Origin: an uncultured Desulfurococcaceae archaeon
GTDB lineage: Archaea > Thermoproteota > Thermoprotei_A > Sulfolobales > NBVN01
Reading direction: 5' to 3'
Assembly (NCBI GenBank): GCA_964655125.1
Contig: CAZZLT010000021.1
Location: forward strand, 8,078 to 72,077
Length of the DNA stretch: 64,000 bases
The notes under the pieces are model-generated. The model was not told the DNA's origin, did no database searches, and was given only the letters and a program-made list of their open reading frames with translations. The translations under genes were made by a program, and so were the position numbers. Positions 48,155 to 57,751 of the stretch are shown piece after piece. The stretch's first letter is position 1. Every line of letters begins with the position of its first letter.

Positions 48155-49349
48155 TTAAGACCGCCCTTAACCTACTCTCATCCTTAATCAAGCTTATGAA
48201 TTTATCGAGGAATTGAGCTGCTGTATGCCCATCTATAACTCTATGGTCGAAGGTTAAGCTGAAGGTACATAAAGTCGCTATGTTAATCCTACCCTCCTCA
48301 ACTATAGGTTTCTGTACGAACCTACCAACACCTAATATAGCTACTTGAGGTGGGTTTATTATCGGCGTGAACGCGTCTATACCATACATACCTAAGTTAG
48401 TTATGGTGAACGTACCACCACTAACATCCTCAATACTTAACTTCCCCTCCCTAGCCTTCCTAGTAAGTTCATTACATGTAATTACTACCTCCTTCAAAGA
48501 CTTCTTATCAGCTTCCTTAACTACAGGTACTACTAATCCATGATCTATTGCGACTGCAAAACCTATGTTAATCTCATCAATGACTTTAATTGTGTTATCC
48601 TCAAGTGTTGAGTTAATTATTGGGAATTCCTTTAATACCTCAGCAACTAACTTAATCAGTATTGGTGTGTATGTCAGTCTAATCCCAACCTCCTTCTCCA
48701 CTAACGGTAGTAACTCATCCCTAATCTTAACGATATTATCAACTACCTCCTCCCTACATATAGTTACTTGAGCCATAGTCCTTAAACTCTCAGTCATCCT
48801 CTCAGCTATAGTCATCCTTAAAGATGTTAAAGGTATGACTTCCTTAACCCTCAACCCCGTCTTAGTCTTCTTCTTAACCTCCTCTACATACTTAATAACA
48901 TCCTCTTCAACTATTAACCCTCCAGGACCGGAACCCTTAATAAGACTTAAGTCAATACCTTCCTTCTCAGCTATCATCCTAGCCCTAGGTGTAGCTCTAA
49001 CTCTAGTAGGTGGTGGGGGTGGGGTAGGGACTTCAGGTACTGCCCTCTCTACAGGTTTAGTAGGTTGTGGTTGGGTGATGACTTCAGGTACTGCCTCACC
49101 TAACTCACCTATGAATGCGATCACACCACCTACAGGGACTGTAGTCCCTACAGGAGCTACTATCTTTAGGAGGTAGCCGGAGGTAGGGGCTTCAACATTA
49201 GCTGTGATCTTCTCTGTCTCAATAACTAATAACGGCTCACCCTTACTAACCCTATCACCTTCACTCTTCAACCACTTCTTAACCACGCCTTTAGTCATTG
49301 TTAAACCGAGTTTAGGCATCTTCACCTCTACAACCATGGAGTTACCCAC
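48144..49349 (-). CDS. dihydrolipoamide acyltransferase (E2)
   Basis: Lipoyl domain with VIETEKITANVEAP, a Pro-rich linker, a peripheral-subunit-binding domain (ATPRARMIAEKEGIDL), and the catalytic DHRVIDG. Confidence 0.9.
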   Translation of the reverse strand: MGNSMVVEVKMPKLGLTMTKGVVKKWLKSEGDRVSKGEPLLVIETEKITANVEAPTSGYLLKIVAPVGTTVPVGGVIAFIGELGEAVPEVITQPQPTKPVERAVPEVPTPPPPPTRVRATPRARMIAEKEGIDLSLIKGSGPGGLIVEEDVIKYVEEVKKKTKTGLRVKEVIPLTSLRMTIAERMTESLRTMAQVTICREEVVDNIVKIRDELLPLVEKEVGIRLTYTPILIKLVAEVLKEFPIINSTLEDNTIKVIDEINIGFAVAIDHGLVVPVVKEADKKSLKEVVITCNELTRKAREGKLSIEDVSGGTFTITNLGMYGIDAFTPIINPPQVAILGVGRFVQKPIVEEGRINIATLCTFSLTFDHRVIDGHTAAQFLDKFISLIKDESRLRAVLSVK

Positions 49350-50340
49350 CCACGACAGAAATACTTCTTAAAACCCTATATACGTTTATTAGTAAGGGCC
49401 CGTTACGTAGGAGTCTCACACCTACTACATCATCTTTAGTTACTTCTAACTCCCTCTCACCATCTAGAGCTACTGTATACCTATTCCGCGGGATCTCTAC
49501 TACCTCACCAATACTTATAGGTTTAAAACTCCTAACACTAACATCTCTGAATTCCCCAGGCATCACTACAGACCTAACCTTAAGACCCCCCTCACCAAAC
49601 TCTACTAAGTAACCTAAATCACTCTCAAACGATGTAGGTCTTAAGAACCCTAAAATCGATGCTAAACCTATATCTGTTGGCTCACCCTTACTGAAGACTG
49701 CGTAGGCTAGGTAATCCACATCAACTATAGCTTTAGCACCTATGTACGGAGTCTTAAGGATCGCTACATCTATAACTGCTGCATCCACTGACTTACCGTT
49801 AAGTAAGACCTCTAATGATTTAGCCTTAATTAAACAATCACTTAATACCTTACCAGTAGCTACTAGACCTGCAGCATAACCAACTAATGTTGCGTCGTAG
49901 AATGCTCCAGTCACGTTATTAGTCCCTGCAGCAACACAGACCATCGGTACATCACCTCCACAACCCTTAAACACAGCTCTTAAAGTACCGTCACCACCTA
50001 CTACAACTACAGCTTTAATACCGTCCTCCCTCATCTTCTTAGCAGCTACTATAGTATCTAAAGCTGTACCAGTACCTCTAGTCTCAACCAACTTTAAACT
50101 AGTTGAAACACGTTTAGATAAGGTAGTACATACGTCCTCACCTAAACCGTAGTTATCATGCATTATGAGTACCTCATCAACACCACCAGCATCTAAACCC
50201 ATAACCACCCTCTTACCTAACTCCACCTTAGTGAAGTTACTTAAGTAACTAGCTGATGAGACTAACCTCCTAATATCCTTACCAGCATCTGGATTTATTA
50301 TTAAACCGACTTTAACACCCATAACTAACACCGAGAACAT
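49342..50340 (-). CDS. NAD-kinase/diacylglycerol-kinase-fold protein (AcoX-like) inserted in the 2-oxoacid dehydrogenase operon
   Basis: VVVVGGDGTLRAV GGDGT motif. 8-nt overlap with the E2 start. Confidence 0.7.
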   Translation of the reverse strand: MFSVLVMGVKVGLIINPDAGKDIRRLVSSASYLSNFTKVELGKRVVMGLDAGGVDEVLIMHDNYGLGEDVCTTLSKRVSTSLKLVETRGTGTALDTIVAAKKMREDGIKAVVVVGGDGTLRAVFKGCGGDVPMVCVAAGTNNVTGAFYDATLVGYAAGLVATGKVLSDCLIKAKSLEVLLNGKSVDAAVIDVAILKTPYIGAKAIVDVDYLAYAVFSKGEPTDIGLASILGFLRPTSFESDLGYLVEFGEGGLKVRSVVMPGEFRDVSVRSFKPISIGEVVEIPRNRYTVALDGERELEVTKDDVVGVRLLRNGPLLINVYRVLRSISVVGG

Positions 50341-50373
50341 AAGTAATTAAGAGAAAAATAAGTTAGGTTTTAA

Positions 50374-51363
50374 TTAAGCCTTCCTAACGACTTCCTTAAC
50401 AGCCTTAACTACCTTCTCAGCATTAGGTAGTATCTCCTTCTCTAAGACCGGGCTAAACGGTATTGGTACTGTAGGTGTTGTAACCCTCTTTATAGGTGCG
50501 TCTAAATACCCGAAACACTCATCAGCTACTATAGCTGCAACCCAAGAAGCAAAACCACATCTATCGTAGTCTTCATCAACAACTACTAACCTACCTGTCT
50601 TCTTAACAGATTTAATAACAGCATCCTTATCAAAAGGTACTAAAGTCCTAGGATCTATAACCTCAACACTAATCCCCTCCTTCCTCAACTCATTAGCAGC
50701 TTTAAGAGCTTCATGAACCATATAAGCTACAGCAACTACAGTTACGTCACTTCCTTCCATCTTAACATCAGCCACCCCGAATGGTATTGTGTATGGCTCC
50801 TTAGGTACAGGCCCCTTCACACCGTAGAGTAGTTTATGTTCGAAGAATATCTTAGGATTATCATCTCTGATAGCAGTGATTAGTAGTCCTTTAGCATCGT
50901 ATGGTGTTGAAGGTACTACTACTTTAAGACCTGGTACATGTGCGAATATTGAGTAAAGTACTTGTGAGTGTTGAGCAGCTGCTGAGAGTCCACCACCTAT
51001 TGTAGTCCTAATCGTTACAGGTATCTTAATCTTACCTCCAAACATATAACGCATCTTAGCTGCTTGATTATATATCTGATCCATACAAACTCCGAAGAAG
51101 TCTACAAACATTAACTCAACTACAGGTCTTAAACCAGCTGCAGCGGCACCTACGGCAGCACCTATGAATCCCGTCTCAGATATTGGCGTATCTATAACTC
51201 TATCAGGACCGAACTTCTGTAGTAACCCTTTAGTAACTCCGAAGATACCTCCGTAAACACCTACATCCTCACCCATAACTACGACGTTAGGGTCTCTCTC
51301 CATCTCCTGCATTAAAGCCTCATTTAAGGCTTCTACAAATGTGATTTCCCTTACCTCACCCAT
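50374..51363 (-). CDS. 2-oxoacid/acetoin dehydrogenase E1 beta subunit
   Basis: Transketolase-like pyrimidine-binding fold, with VVMGEDVGVYGGIFGVTKGL and DTPISETGFIGAAVGAA. Confidence 0.9.
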   Translation of the reverse strand: MGEVREITFVEALNEALMQEMERDPNVVVMGEDVGVYGGIFGVTKGLLQKFGPDRVIDTPISETGFIGAAVGAAAAGLRPVVELMFVDFFGVCMDQIYNQAAKMRYMFGGKIKIPVTIRTTIGGGLSAAAQHSQVLYSIFAHVPGLKVVVPSTPYDAKGLLITAIRDDNPKIFFEHKLLYGVKGPVPKEPYTIPFGVADVKMEGSDVTVVAVAYMVHEALKAANELRKEGISVEVIDPRTLVPFDKDAVIKSVKKTGRLVVVDEDYDRCGFASWVAAIVADECFGYLDAPIKRVTTPTVPIPFSPVLEKEILPNAEKVVKAVKEVVRKA

Positions 51364-51372
51364 AAGACCACC

Positions 51373-52392
51373 TCAGTAGTAAGGATCTGTGAATACATCT
51401 GTATACGCCTCACTAGGTTCTGGGTAGGGACTCCTCTCAGCAAAGTCTACAGCTTCTTCAACCTCCTTAATAGCCTTCTTACGTATATCCTCAAGTAATT
51501 CCTCAGTAGCTATACCGTCCCTAATCAACCTCTGCTTAAACAGTAGTATCGGGTCACGCTTCTTCCACTCCTCAATCTCCTCAACACTCCTATAAACCAT
51601 AGGATCACCTTCGAAATGCCCGTAGAACCTGTATGTCTTACAGTCAAGTAGTGACGGTCCCTCACCCCTCCTAGCACGTTCTACAGCTGCTTTAGCAGCT
51701 TCATAAACAGCTAGTACGTCCTGACCATCAACAGTAACACTCGGGATACCGAAACCTACAGCTCTCTCAGCTACAGACCTAGCTGTTGAGACCCTAGGCT
51801 GTAATTTAGATGGTGTTAAACTCCTTAACGATATAGCGTATTGATTATCCTCAACAACAAATATCACCGGTAGCTTCCATACAGCAGCTAGGTTAAGTGA
51901 TTCAAGCATAGCACCTTGGTTTTGAGCACCATCACCGGCGAAACACACAACTACGTTATCAGTACCTTTATACTTTAAAGCTAATGCAGCACCTATAGCT
52001 AGAGGACCTCCAGCACCTACTATACCGTTAGCACCTAACATACCTACCTCAAAATCAGCAATATGCATAGAACCTCCCTTACCTCTACAAGTACCAGTCT
52101 TCCTACCGAAGAGTTCAGCCATCATACCCTTAACATCAACACCCATAGCGATACAGTGGCCGTGACCCCTATGAGTACTAGTAATGTAATCACCTTTCTT
52201 CAAATTAGATATAACACCTACGGCTACAGCCTCCTCACCAGCGTATAGATGTACGAATCCGGGGATCCTACCCTGAGCAAATAGTTCGTGAACTCTATCC
52301 TCAAACGCTCTAATTAATACCATCTTATAATACATATCTAATAATTTCTCGGGAGGAAGCAAAACACATTCCCAATAAATAATTATTAACAC
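51373..52392 (-). CDS. 2-oxoacid/acetoin dehydrogenase E1 alpha subunit (TPP-binding)
   Basis: GFVHLYAGEEA and the GDGAQNQG...EDNQYAIS TPP motif. The real start is probably the in-frame TTG near 52362 rather than 52392. Confidence 0.9.
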   Translation of the reverse strand: MLIIIYWECVLLPPEKLLDMYYKMVLIRAFEDRVHELFAQGRIPGFVHLYAGEEAVAVGVISNLKKGDYITSTHRGHGHCIAMGVDVKGMMAELFGRKTGTCRGKGGSMHIADFEVGMLGANGIVGAGGPLAIGAALALKYKGTDNVVVCFAGDGAQNQGAMLESLNLAAVWKLPVIFVVEDNQYAISLRSLTPSKLQPRVSTARSVAERAVGFGIPSVTVDGQDVLAVYEAAKAAVERARRGEGPSLLDCKTYRFYGHFEGDPMVYRSVEEIEEWKKRDPILLFKQRLIRDGIATEELLEDIRKKAIKEVEEAVDFAERSPYPEPSEAYTDVFTDPYY

Positions 52393-52442
52393 ATTTATAA
52401 ATTATCATTACTGTCTACTGCTTAAGATGTTATTTAATGATA

Positions 52443-53849
52443 TTATAATGTTAAGTAGGTCTTCAATATCTTATCATAATAATTCTCACGACACTCCACA
52501 CATACTTCGAAGGGTAACCTAGAATATGGTTGTCCACCACCCATTAAGCAACCGTTAGGACATATATATGTGACCATAGCACCTGCCCTTATAATACCTT
52601 TCCTAACAGCTTCTAGAACTCCTCTTAATTCGTAAGGACCTACAGCTCTTAAATACCCGTAAATACTTGGTTTGAATATGTGGTCAGGGTCTGTAGGTTC
52701 TAACTCGGTGATATCTGATGTTTTAAGTATGGTCTGTACTTCCCTTGCTGTTAATACGTAGTCCCCGTACACCTTCCTAGAAATACATTGAGTTATTAGG
52801 ACTACCCTATACGGTATCCGTGTAGCTGGTGGTTGAGTTAAATACTTCCTAAGGTCTGGGTAGAACTGAGTTATGTATTTATACTCTGCGTAACTCATAG
52901 GGACTATACTTAAATCTGTAGATGGTCTTACCTCAGCAAGTGGTGTCCATAGAACTACCTTATCAAAGCCTAACCTCCTGATAGCTGTGATCAACTTACC
53001 TGGATGTACCTCTTCAGATTCAGCTAATGCTGCCAGTGCTTCGTACTCTAAATAAGCTACTAACTTCTCACCCCTCCTAAGCATATCCTGAATTAACTGT
53101 GTAGTACTTACGTGGTTTATAGCACCTACTGGGCAATACGCCGTACATAACCCGCATGAGATGCATGGGGTGTTATCTAACGGTTCTTGAAATGGTGTTG
53201 AGACAGCAATATCTATACCCCTATTTATGATACCTAAAGCATTCACACCTAAGCTACTACACACACTAACACACCTACCGCATACGATACATTTCTCACC
53301 ATCTAAGTTCAGCAACTTACCATTAACATTAACTACTGATGTGCGGCAGAAGTCAAACCTCCTCTCACCCTGCCTAAAGAACTTACCCTCAACTAATTTC
53401 TTAATAAGTGTTAAGAACTCAACATTATTTATAGGACAACCCCTAAGCCAGTAATCAACTTTAACGTAATTACTTATTGGTAATACCATAACTAATTTAC
53501 TTGTAGGTGCGTTAGTAAGAGTCTTAACAACATCTTCTTTTAAATCCTTCATAAGTGCTGGGATACCGCCTAAGAAACTACAAGATCCTAGAGCTACTAA
53601 TACCTTAGACCTAGACCTAAGCTCAACTAACTTCCTAACCTCTTTCTCAGAAGTTACTGAACCTTCAATAAACACTACATCATACTCCTCCTTCTCACCT
53701 ACATAACCAAGTAATGGTTCGTAAGCTATCGTAACGTTATACTTCTCCAGTAGTTCTAGTAATGCATCACCTAAGTTTAAAATCTCATGTCTACAACCAT
53801 CACAACCACTGAAACTGTATATACCTACTACTAACTTATTACTGGTCAT
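52443..53849 (-). CDS. chimeric hydrogenase subunit: [NiFe] small subunit + 2x[4Fe-4S] ferredoxin + degenerate [FeFe]-hydrogenase H-domain-like module
   Basis: SGCDGC, GSCSFLGG and RGCP form the small-subunit proximal cluster. CIVCGRCVSVCS and CISCGLCTAYCP are ferredoxin motifs. Then RRLGFDKV, PMSYAEYKYITQFYPDL, VVLITQCISRK, DYVLTAREV and TYICPNGCLMGGGQP are collinear with [FeFe] H-domain motifs. Confidence 0.8.
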   Translation of the reverse strand: MTSNKLVVGIYSFSGCDGCRHEILNLGDALLELLEKYNVTIAYEPLLGYVGEKEEYDVVFIEGSVTSEKEVRKLVELRSRSKVLVALGSCSFLGGIPALMKDLKEDVVKTLTNAPTSKLVMVLPISNYVKVDYWLRGCPINNVEFLTLIKKLVEGKFFRQGERRFDFCRTSVVNVNGKLLNLDGEKCIVCGRCVSVCSSLGVNALGIINRGIDIAVSTPFQEPLDNTPCISCGLCTAYCPVGAINHVSTTQLIQDMLRRGEKLVAYLEYEALAALAESEEVHPGKLITAIRRLGFDKVVLWTPLAEVRPSTDLSIVPMSYAEYKYITQFYPDLRKYLTQPPATRIPYRVVLITQCISRKVYGDYVLTAREVQTILKTSDITELEPTDPDHIFKPSIYGYLRAVGPYELRGVLEAVRKGIIRAGAMVTYICPNGCLMGGGQPYSRLPFEVCVECRENYYDKILKTYLTL

Positions 53850-53855
53850 AAACTA

Positions 53856-55124
53856 TCATCTCCTAACCTCTAGATGGACAGCGCATACGAGACATGGGTC
53901 ATAAGCTCTAACTAAAGCCCCTACCTTAGCTTCAACCTCTGTCAGACTCACTCCCTCCTCCAATAAATTCTTACTTAATGACTTAGTAGTTACTTCAATA
54001 TGTTTTGAGAACATGACTGTAGGTGTTATTATGTTAGCATATGTTATAACTCCCTCATCATTTAATCTGTAATGATGTATTAGTAAACCTCTAGGAGCTT
54101 CTATAACTCCGACGCCTTCGCCAGCCCTGACCTTAACATCAGTACGTATGTTTAAGTCCTTCTCCTTCAAACCACCTAATATCTCTTTAGAACTAACTAT
54201 ACAGTACAGAAGTTCTACAGCTTTAGCTTTAAGATTACTGAAGGGATTCGTAAGCTCTCCCCTCACATCACTCACAACATCTGAAATACCTGATAACCTC
54301 TCACTAAAAGCTAGTAGTCTAGCTCTAGGACCTACAAAGAATGTCTTACCCCTATATAGGCAGTACTTAGATGTTGAGTACTCACTAATACCTTCACTTA
54401 TATAGTTTAAGTACTCAGACTTTCTAAATCTAACACCATCACTACCTACTACATAATCACTCATCGAGAGGTACCCGGTAGGTGAGTCTAAGACTACGTA
54501 ATGTGGTTCTGGATCCTCCAGCTTCGGTAGGTTTAAATCTACGATATATCTGATTAATTCCTGAGCAACTTTCTCAGCTTTATCTAAAGTCTTCATAGTC
54601 TTCTCCAACACCTCCCTTGTTAAGTTCTTAGTAAATCCGCCTACACTATATGTATTCGGATTAACTATCCTACCAGCTAGGAGTTTCGTTGCTTGGAGAC
54701 ATAAGGTATTTAATATCATAGCCGACTTAACTAACTCAGGCTTCGACAACATTAACTCATTTAGGTTCCTACTGTTGAGATAATCAAGTATTGCTAAGAA
54801 GTATAGATGTACTACTGTATTCTGAGCTATTTGAATCTTATTCATAACTTCCTTAAGCATTATAACATCCTCACTAACCTCTACCTTCAGAGCATCCTCA
54901 ACAGCACTTACTGAGGCTAGGAAGTGAGCGACACTACATGCACCACAGATCCTAGATACTATATAGGGGACTACAGTGAACTTCTTACCAATAATCACGT
55001 GTTCGAAGAATCTAAGATCATCCATAACTACGAATTTAGTCCTTACATCCTTATCACGTAGGTCTACCTGAACTTCTAAATGCCCGAATACCCTATCTAC
55101 CTTACTCTGAATACTTAAACTCAT
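53856..55124 (-). CDS. [NiFe]-hydrogenase large subunit (group 3-like, cytosolic)
   Basis: N-terminal RICGACSVAH and C-terminal DPCLVCAVH followed by a 5-residue tail LEVRR. 422 aa. Confidence 0.9.
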   Translation of the reverse strand: MSLSIQSKVDRVFGHLEVQVDLRDKDVRTKFVVMDDLRFFEHVIIGKKFTVVPYIVSRICGACSVAHFLASVSAVEDALKVEVSEDVIMLKEVMNKIQIAQNTVVHLYFLAILDYLNSRNLNELMLSKPELVKSAMILNTLCLQATKLLAGRIVNPNTYSVGGFTKNLTREVLEKTMKTLDKAEKVAQELIRYIVDLNLPKLEDPEPHYVVLDSPTGYLSMSDYVVGSDGVRFRKSEYLNYISEGISEYSTSKYCLYRGKTFFVGPRARLLAFSERLSGISDVVSDVRGELTNPFSNLKAKAVELLYCIVSSKEILGGLKEKDLNIRTDVKVRAGEGVGVIEAPRGLLIHHYRLNDEGVITYANIITPTVMFSKHIEVTTKSLSKNLLEEGVSLTEVEAKVGALVRAYDPCLVCAVHLEVRR

Positions 55125-55789
55125 GTCTCATCACCTGACTTAAACTTCCTAAACAACTCGCTGATGATACCTACTGTAGGTAGGGAACTCCAAAAGAGTT
55201 CACCAAGTCTTAGAATATCCTTCATATCTATACCGTACTTAACATACAGCTTAACCCCCTCCTCCAACACATCATACCTACTTACAGGACCTCTACAACC
55301 TATACATGGGGAACGTTCATTAGTACATACAGCATTACACCCAGCTATAGTTATAGGTCCTAAACACGGTACACCCTTAGCAAGCAAACACTCACTACCA
55401 TATAAACTACATTCCGAACATATAGGTATTCCCTCAACACCGTAATCCTTCGAAAGTTTTAGTAATTGACAGTAACCTCCCTTCATACTACATGACTGAC
55501 ACTTAATCTTATGAGACGCTAGTATTAACTCAATTATAGCTCTACGGTATTTAAGAACCCTCTCACTATCAGTAAATACTTTAAGTCCTTCAGCTACTGG
55601 GTAAGCACATGCTGGGACTAACCTACCACCACTTACCTCAACTATACAGACTCTACATGTAGCTTCATTAAAGATCCCTTTAAGGTAACATAATGTAGGT
55701 ACTTCATACCCTGCCTTAACTATAGCGTTAAGCAATGTTGACTCAGCATCTACATCTACTTCCTTACCATTCACGAATACCTTAACCAT
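55121..55789 (-). CDS. HoxU / NuoG-N-terminal / HydA-N-terminal-like 2Fe-2S + 4Fe-4S subunit
   Basis: VFVNGKEV...PTLCY...CRVCIVEV (2Fe-2S), HKIKCQSCSMKGGYCQL (His-ligated 4Fe-4S motif), plus further Cys clusters. Confidence 0.85.
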   Translation of the reverse strand: MVKVFVNGKEVDVDAESTLLNAIVKAGYEVPTLCYLKGIFNEATCRVCIVEVSGGRLVPACAYPVAEGLKVFTDSERVLKYRRAIIELILASHKIKCQSCSMKGGYCQLLKLSKDYGVEGIPICSECSLYGSECLLAKGVPCLGPITIAGCNAVCTNERSPCIGCRGPVSRYDVLEEGVKLYVKYGIDMKDILRLGELFWSSLPTVGIISELFRKFKSGDET

Positions 55790-55793
55790 CTAA

Positions 55794-57749
55794 TCACCTC
55801 TTAACTACTGCCCCCTGCGGACAGGTTATGAAGCATTGAGAACACCTAATACATCTAGATTTATCTATCATGTACGGCTTACCCCTCTCACCACTAACAG
55901 CATTAGTAGGACATACCTTAGCACATAACCCACAACCAACACATTTAGTAGGATCTACCCAGTACTCAACTAATCTTGCACAAACCCCTGCAGGACACCT
56001 CTTCTCTCTTATATGAGCTATATACTCATCTCTAAAGTACCTTAACGTGGATTTTACTGGGTTAGGTGCTGTACCACCTAAAGCACATAAACTACTACCT
56101 ACTATAGCATCACTTAACTCAGTAAGTATCTCTAAGTCTTCCTCACTACCCCTACCCTCAGTAATATTATTTAATATGTCGTAGAGTATCTTCATACCTA
56201 TACGGCATGGAAAGCACTTACCGCAGGATTCAGCTAGGGTGAAGCTAGTGAAGAACTTAGCTACATCAACCATACAGTTCTTATCATCTATTACTACAAC
56301 TCCTCCTGAACCCATGATAGCCCCAGCACTCTGTAAAGTCTCGTAATCAACTGGAGTATCCAGCATATCTGAGGGGACACAACCACCGCTAGGGCCGCCG
56401 ACCTGTACCGCCTTAACATTCCTCCCTTCTGGGGGACCGCCTGCTAGGTCATAAACTAACTTCTTAAGTGTTATACCTATAGGTACTTCATAAGCACCAG
56501 TACGTCTTACAGAACCTGTAATACAGAACATCTTAGTACCTTTACTCTTCTCAGTCCCATACTTAACGAACTCATCAACACCTACTTGAAATATTGTTGC
56601 TACATGTGCTACTGTCTCAACATTGTTTATAACTGTAGGTTTACCCCATAAACCTTTAGTTGCTGGGTATGGAGGCCTCTGCCTAGGTCTAGTACGTCCT
56701 TCAATAGCTGCTATTAATGCTGTTTCCTCACCACAGACAAACGCACCAGCACTTAATATAACCTCTATATCGAAGTTAAAACCGCTACCTAAGATATTCC
56801 TACCTAATAACCCGTACTTCCTAGCCTCCTCAACAGCTTTTGATAATCTCTCAGCCATTAAAGGCTTCTCAGCCCTAACGAAGATATAGCCTTTAGAAGC
56901 ACCTATAGCGTAAGCACCTATTATCATACCCTCAACAATTCTGTAGGGGTCTGCCTCAGCTAATAACCTATTCATGAACGCTCCAGGATCTCCTTCATCA
57001 GCATTAACTATGAAGTACTTAACATCACTTACTTGTGATTGAGCTATATCCCATTTAATCCATGTAGAGAACCCAGCACCTCCACGTCCTCTAAGACCTG
57101 ACCTCTTAACAATCTCGATAACAGTCTTAGGGGTAGTGTTTAATGCTCTCTCAAGTCCTTTAAAACCACCGAAAGCTATGTACTCCTCAATAGATTCCGG
57201 ATTAACTACACCGCAATTCCTAGAAACAAACCTTACTTGATTAGACCAAGGAGTTAGTTCCTCAAGTAATGGTGCCTTAGGAGTAGGTAGTGTTAATCCT
57301 CTAGACCTAATTGCAAATGCTCTAGATAGGTCGTTATTTAAGTACTCTCTAATTATTTTAGGTATGTCTTCAGGCTTAACATTAGCGTATATTACTGATG
57401 GGAAGTCCTTCCTAGAAATCTCTAACCACGGATCTATGTAGCAGAGACCTATACAACCTGTAATTCCGATATCTATGTTTAAACCGCTTGACTTAACCTC
57501 CTTAACAACTACATCATATACTTCCCTAGCTCCAGCAGCTAAAGTACAACTAGCTATCGGTACTTTAATCTTTAACCCGTACCTCCCATACTTAATCTCA
57601 TCAATCCTCCTCTCCCTCTTAACCCTACACTCAGGACTCTCATGACATAGAGGACCTTCAGTCCTACACCTAACATAATGTTTACATGGGTATTCCGGTG
57701 TATGCCAACACCTACTACAACACTTATCCATTAAAGTCCACGTACTCAT
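55794..57749 (-). CDS. NuoF/HoxF/HydB-like NAD(P)H-binding flavoprotein subunit with N-terminal Cys-rich extension and C-terminal 2x[4Fe-4S]
   Basis: GRGGAGFSTWIKW (FMN), NADEGDPGAF, ESCGKCFPCRIG (N3 cluster), and C-terminal CVGCGLCAKVCP and CIRCSQCFITCP. Confidence 0.9.
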   Translation of the reverse strand: MSTWTLMDKCCSRCWHTPEYPCKHYVRCRTEGPLCHESPECRVKRERRIDEIKYGRYGLKIKVPIASCTLAAGAREVYDVVVKEVKSSGLNIDIGITGCIGLCYIDPWLEISRKDFPSVIYANVKPEDIPKIIREYLNNDLSRAFAIRSRGLTLPTPKAPLLEELTPWSNQVRFVSRNCGVVNPESIEEYIAFGGFKGLERALNTTPKTVIEIVKRSGLRGRGGAGFSTWIKWDIAQSQVSDVKYFIVNADEGDPGAFMNRLLAEADPYRIVEGMIIGAYAIGASKGYIFVRAEKPLMAERLSKAVEEARKYGLLGRNILGSGFNFDIEVILSAGAFVCGEETALIAAIEGRTRPRQRPPYPATKGLWGKPTVINNVETVAHVATIFQVGVDEFVKYGTEKSKGTKMFCITGSVRRTGAYEVPIGITLKKLVYDLAGGPPEGRNVKAVQVGGPSGGCVPSDMLDTPVDYETLQSAGAIMGSGGVVVIDDKNCMVDVAKFFTSFTLAESCGKCFPCRIGMKILYDILNNITEGRGSEEDLEILTELSDAIVGSSLCALGGTAPNPVKSTLRYFRDEYIAHIREKRCPAGVCARLVEYWVDPTKCVGCGLCAKVCPTNAVSGERGKPYMIDKSRCIRCSQCFITCPQGAVVKR

Positions 57750-57751
57750 AC

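Noticed and set aside
48835-49176. 113-aa plus-strand ORF, and a G-run tract (49009-49029, GGTGGTGGGGGTGGGGTAGGG) that could form a G-quadruplex.
   Set aside because: It is antisense to the E2 gene. The G-runs are simply the complement of the Pro-rich (PPPPP) inter-domain linker codons of E2.
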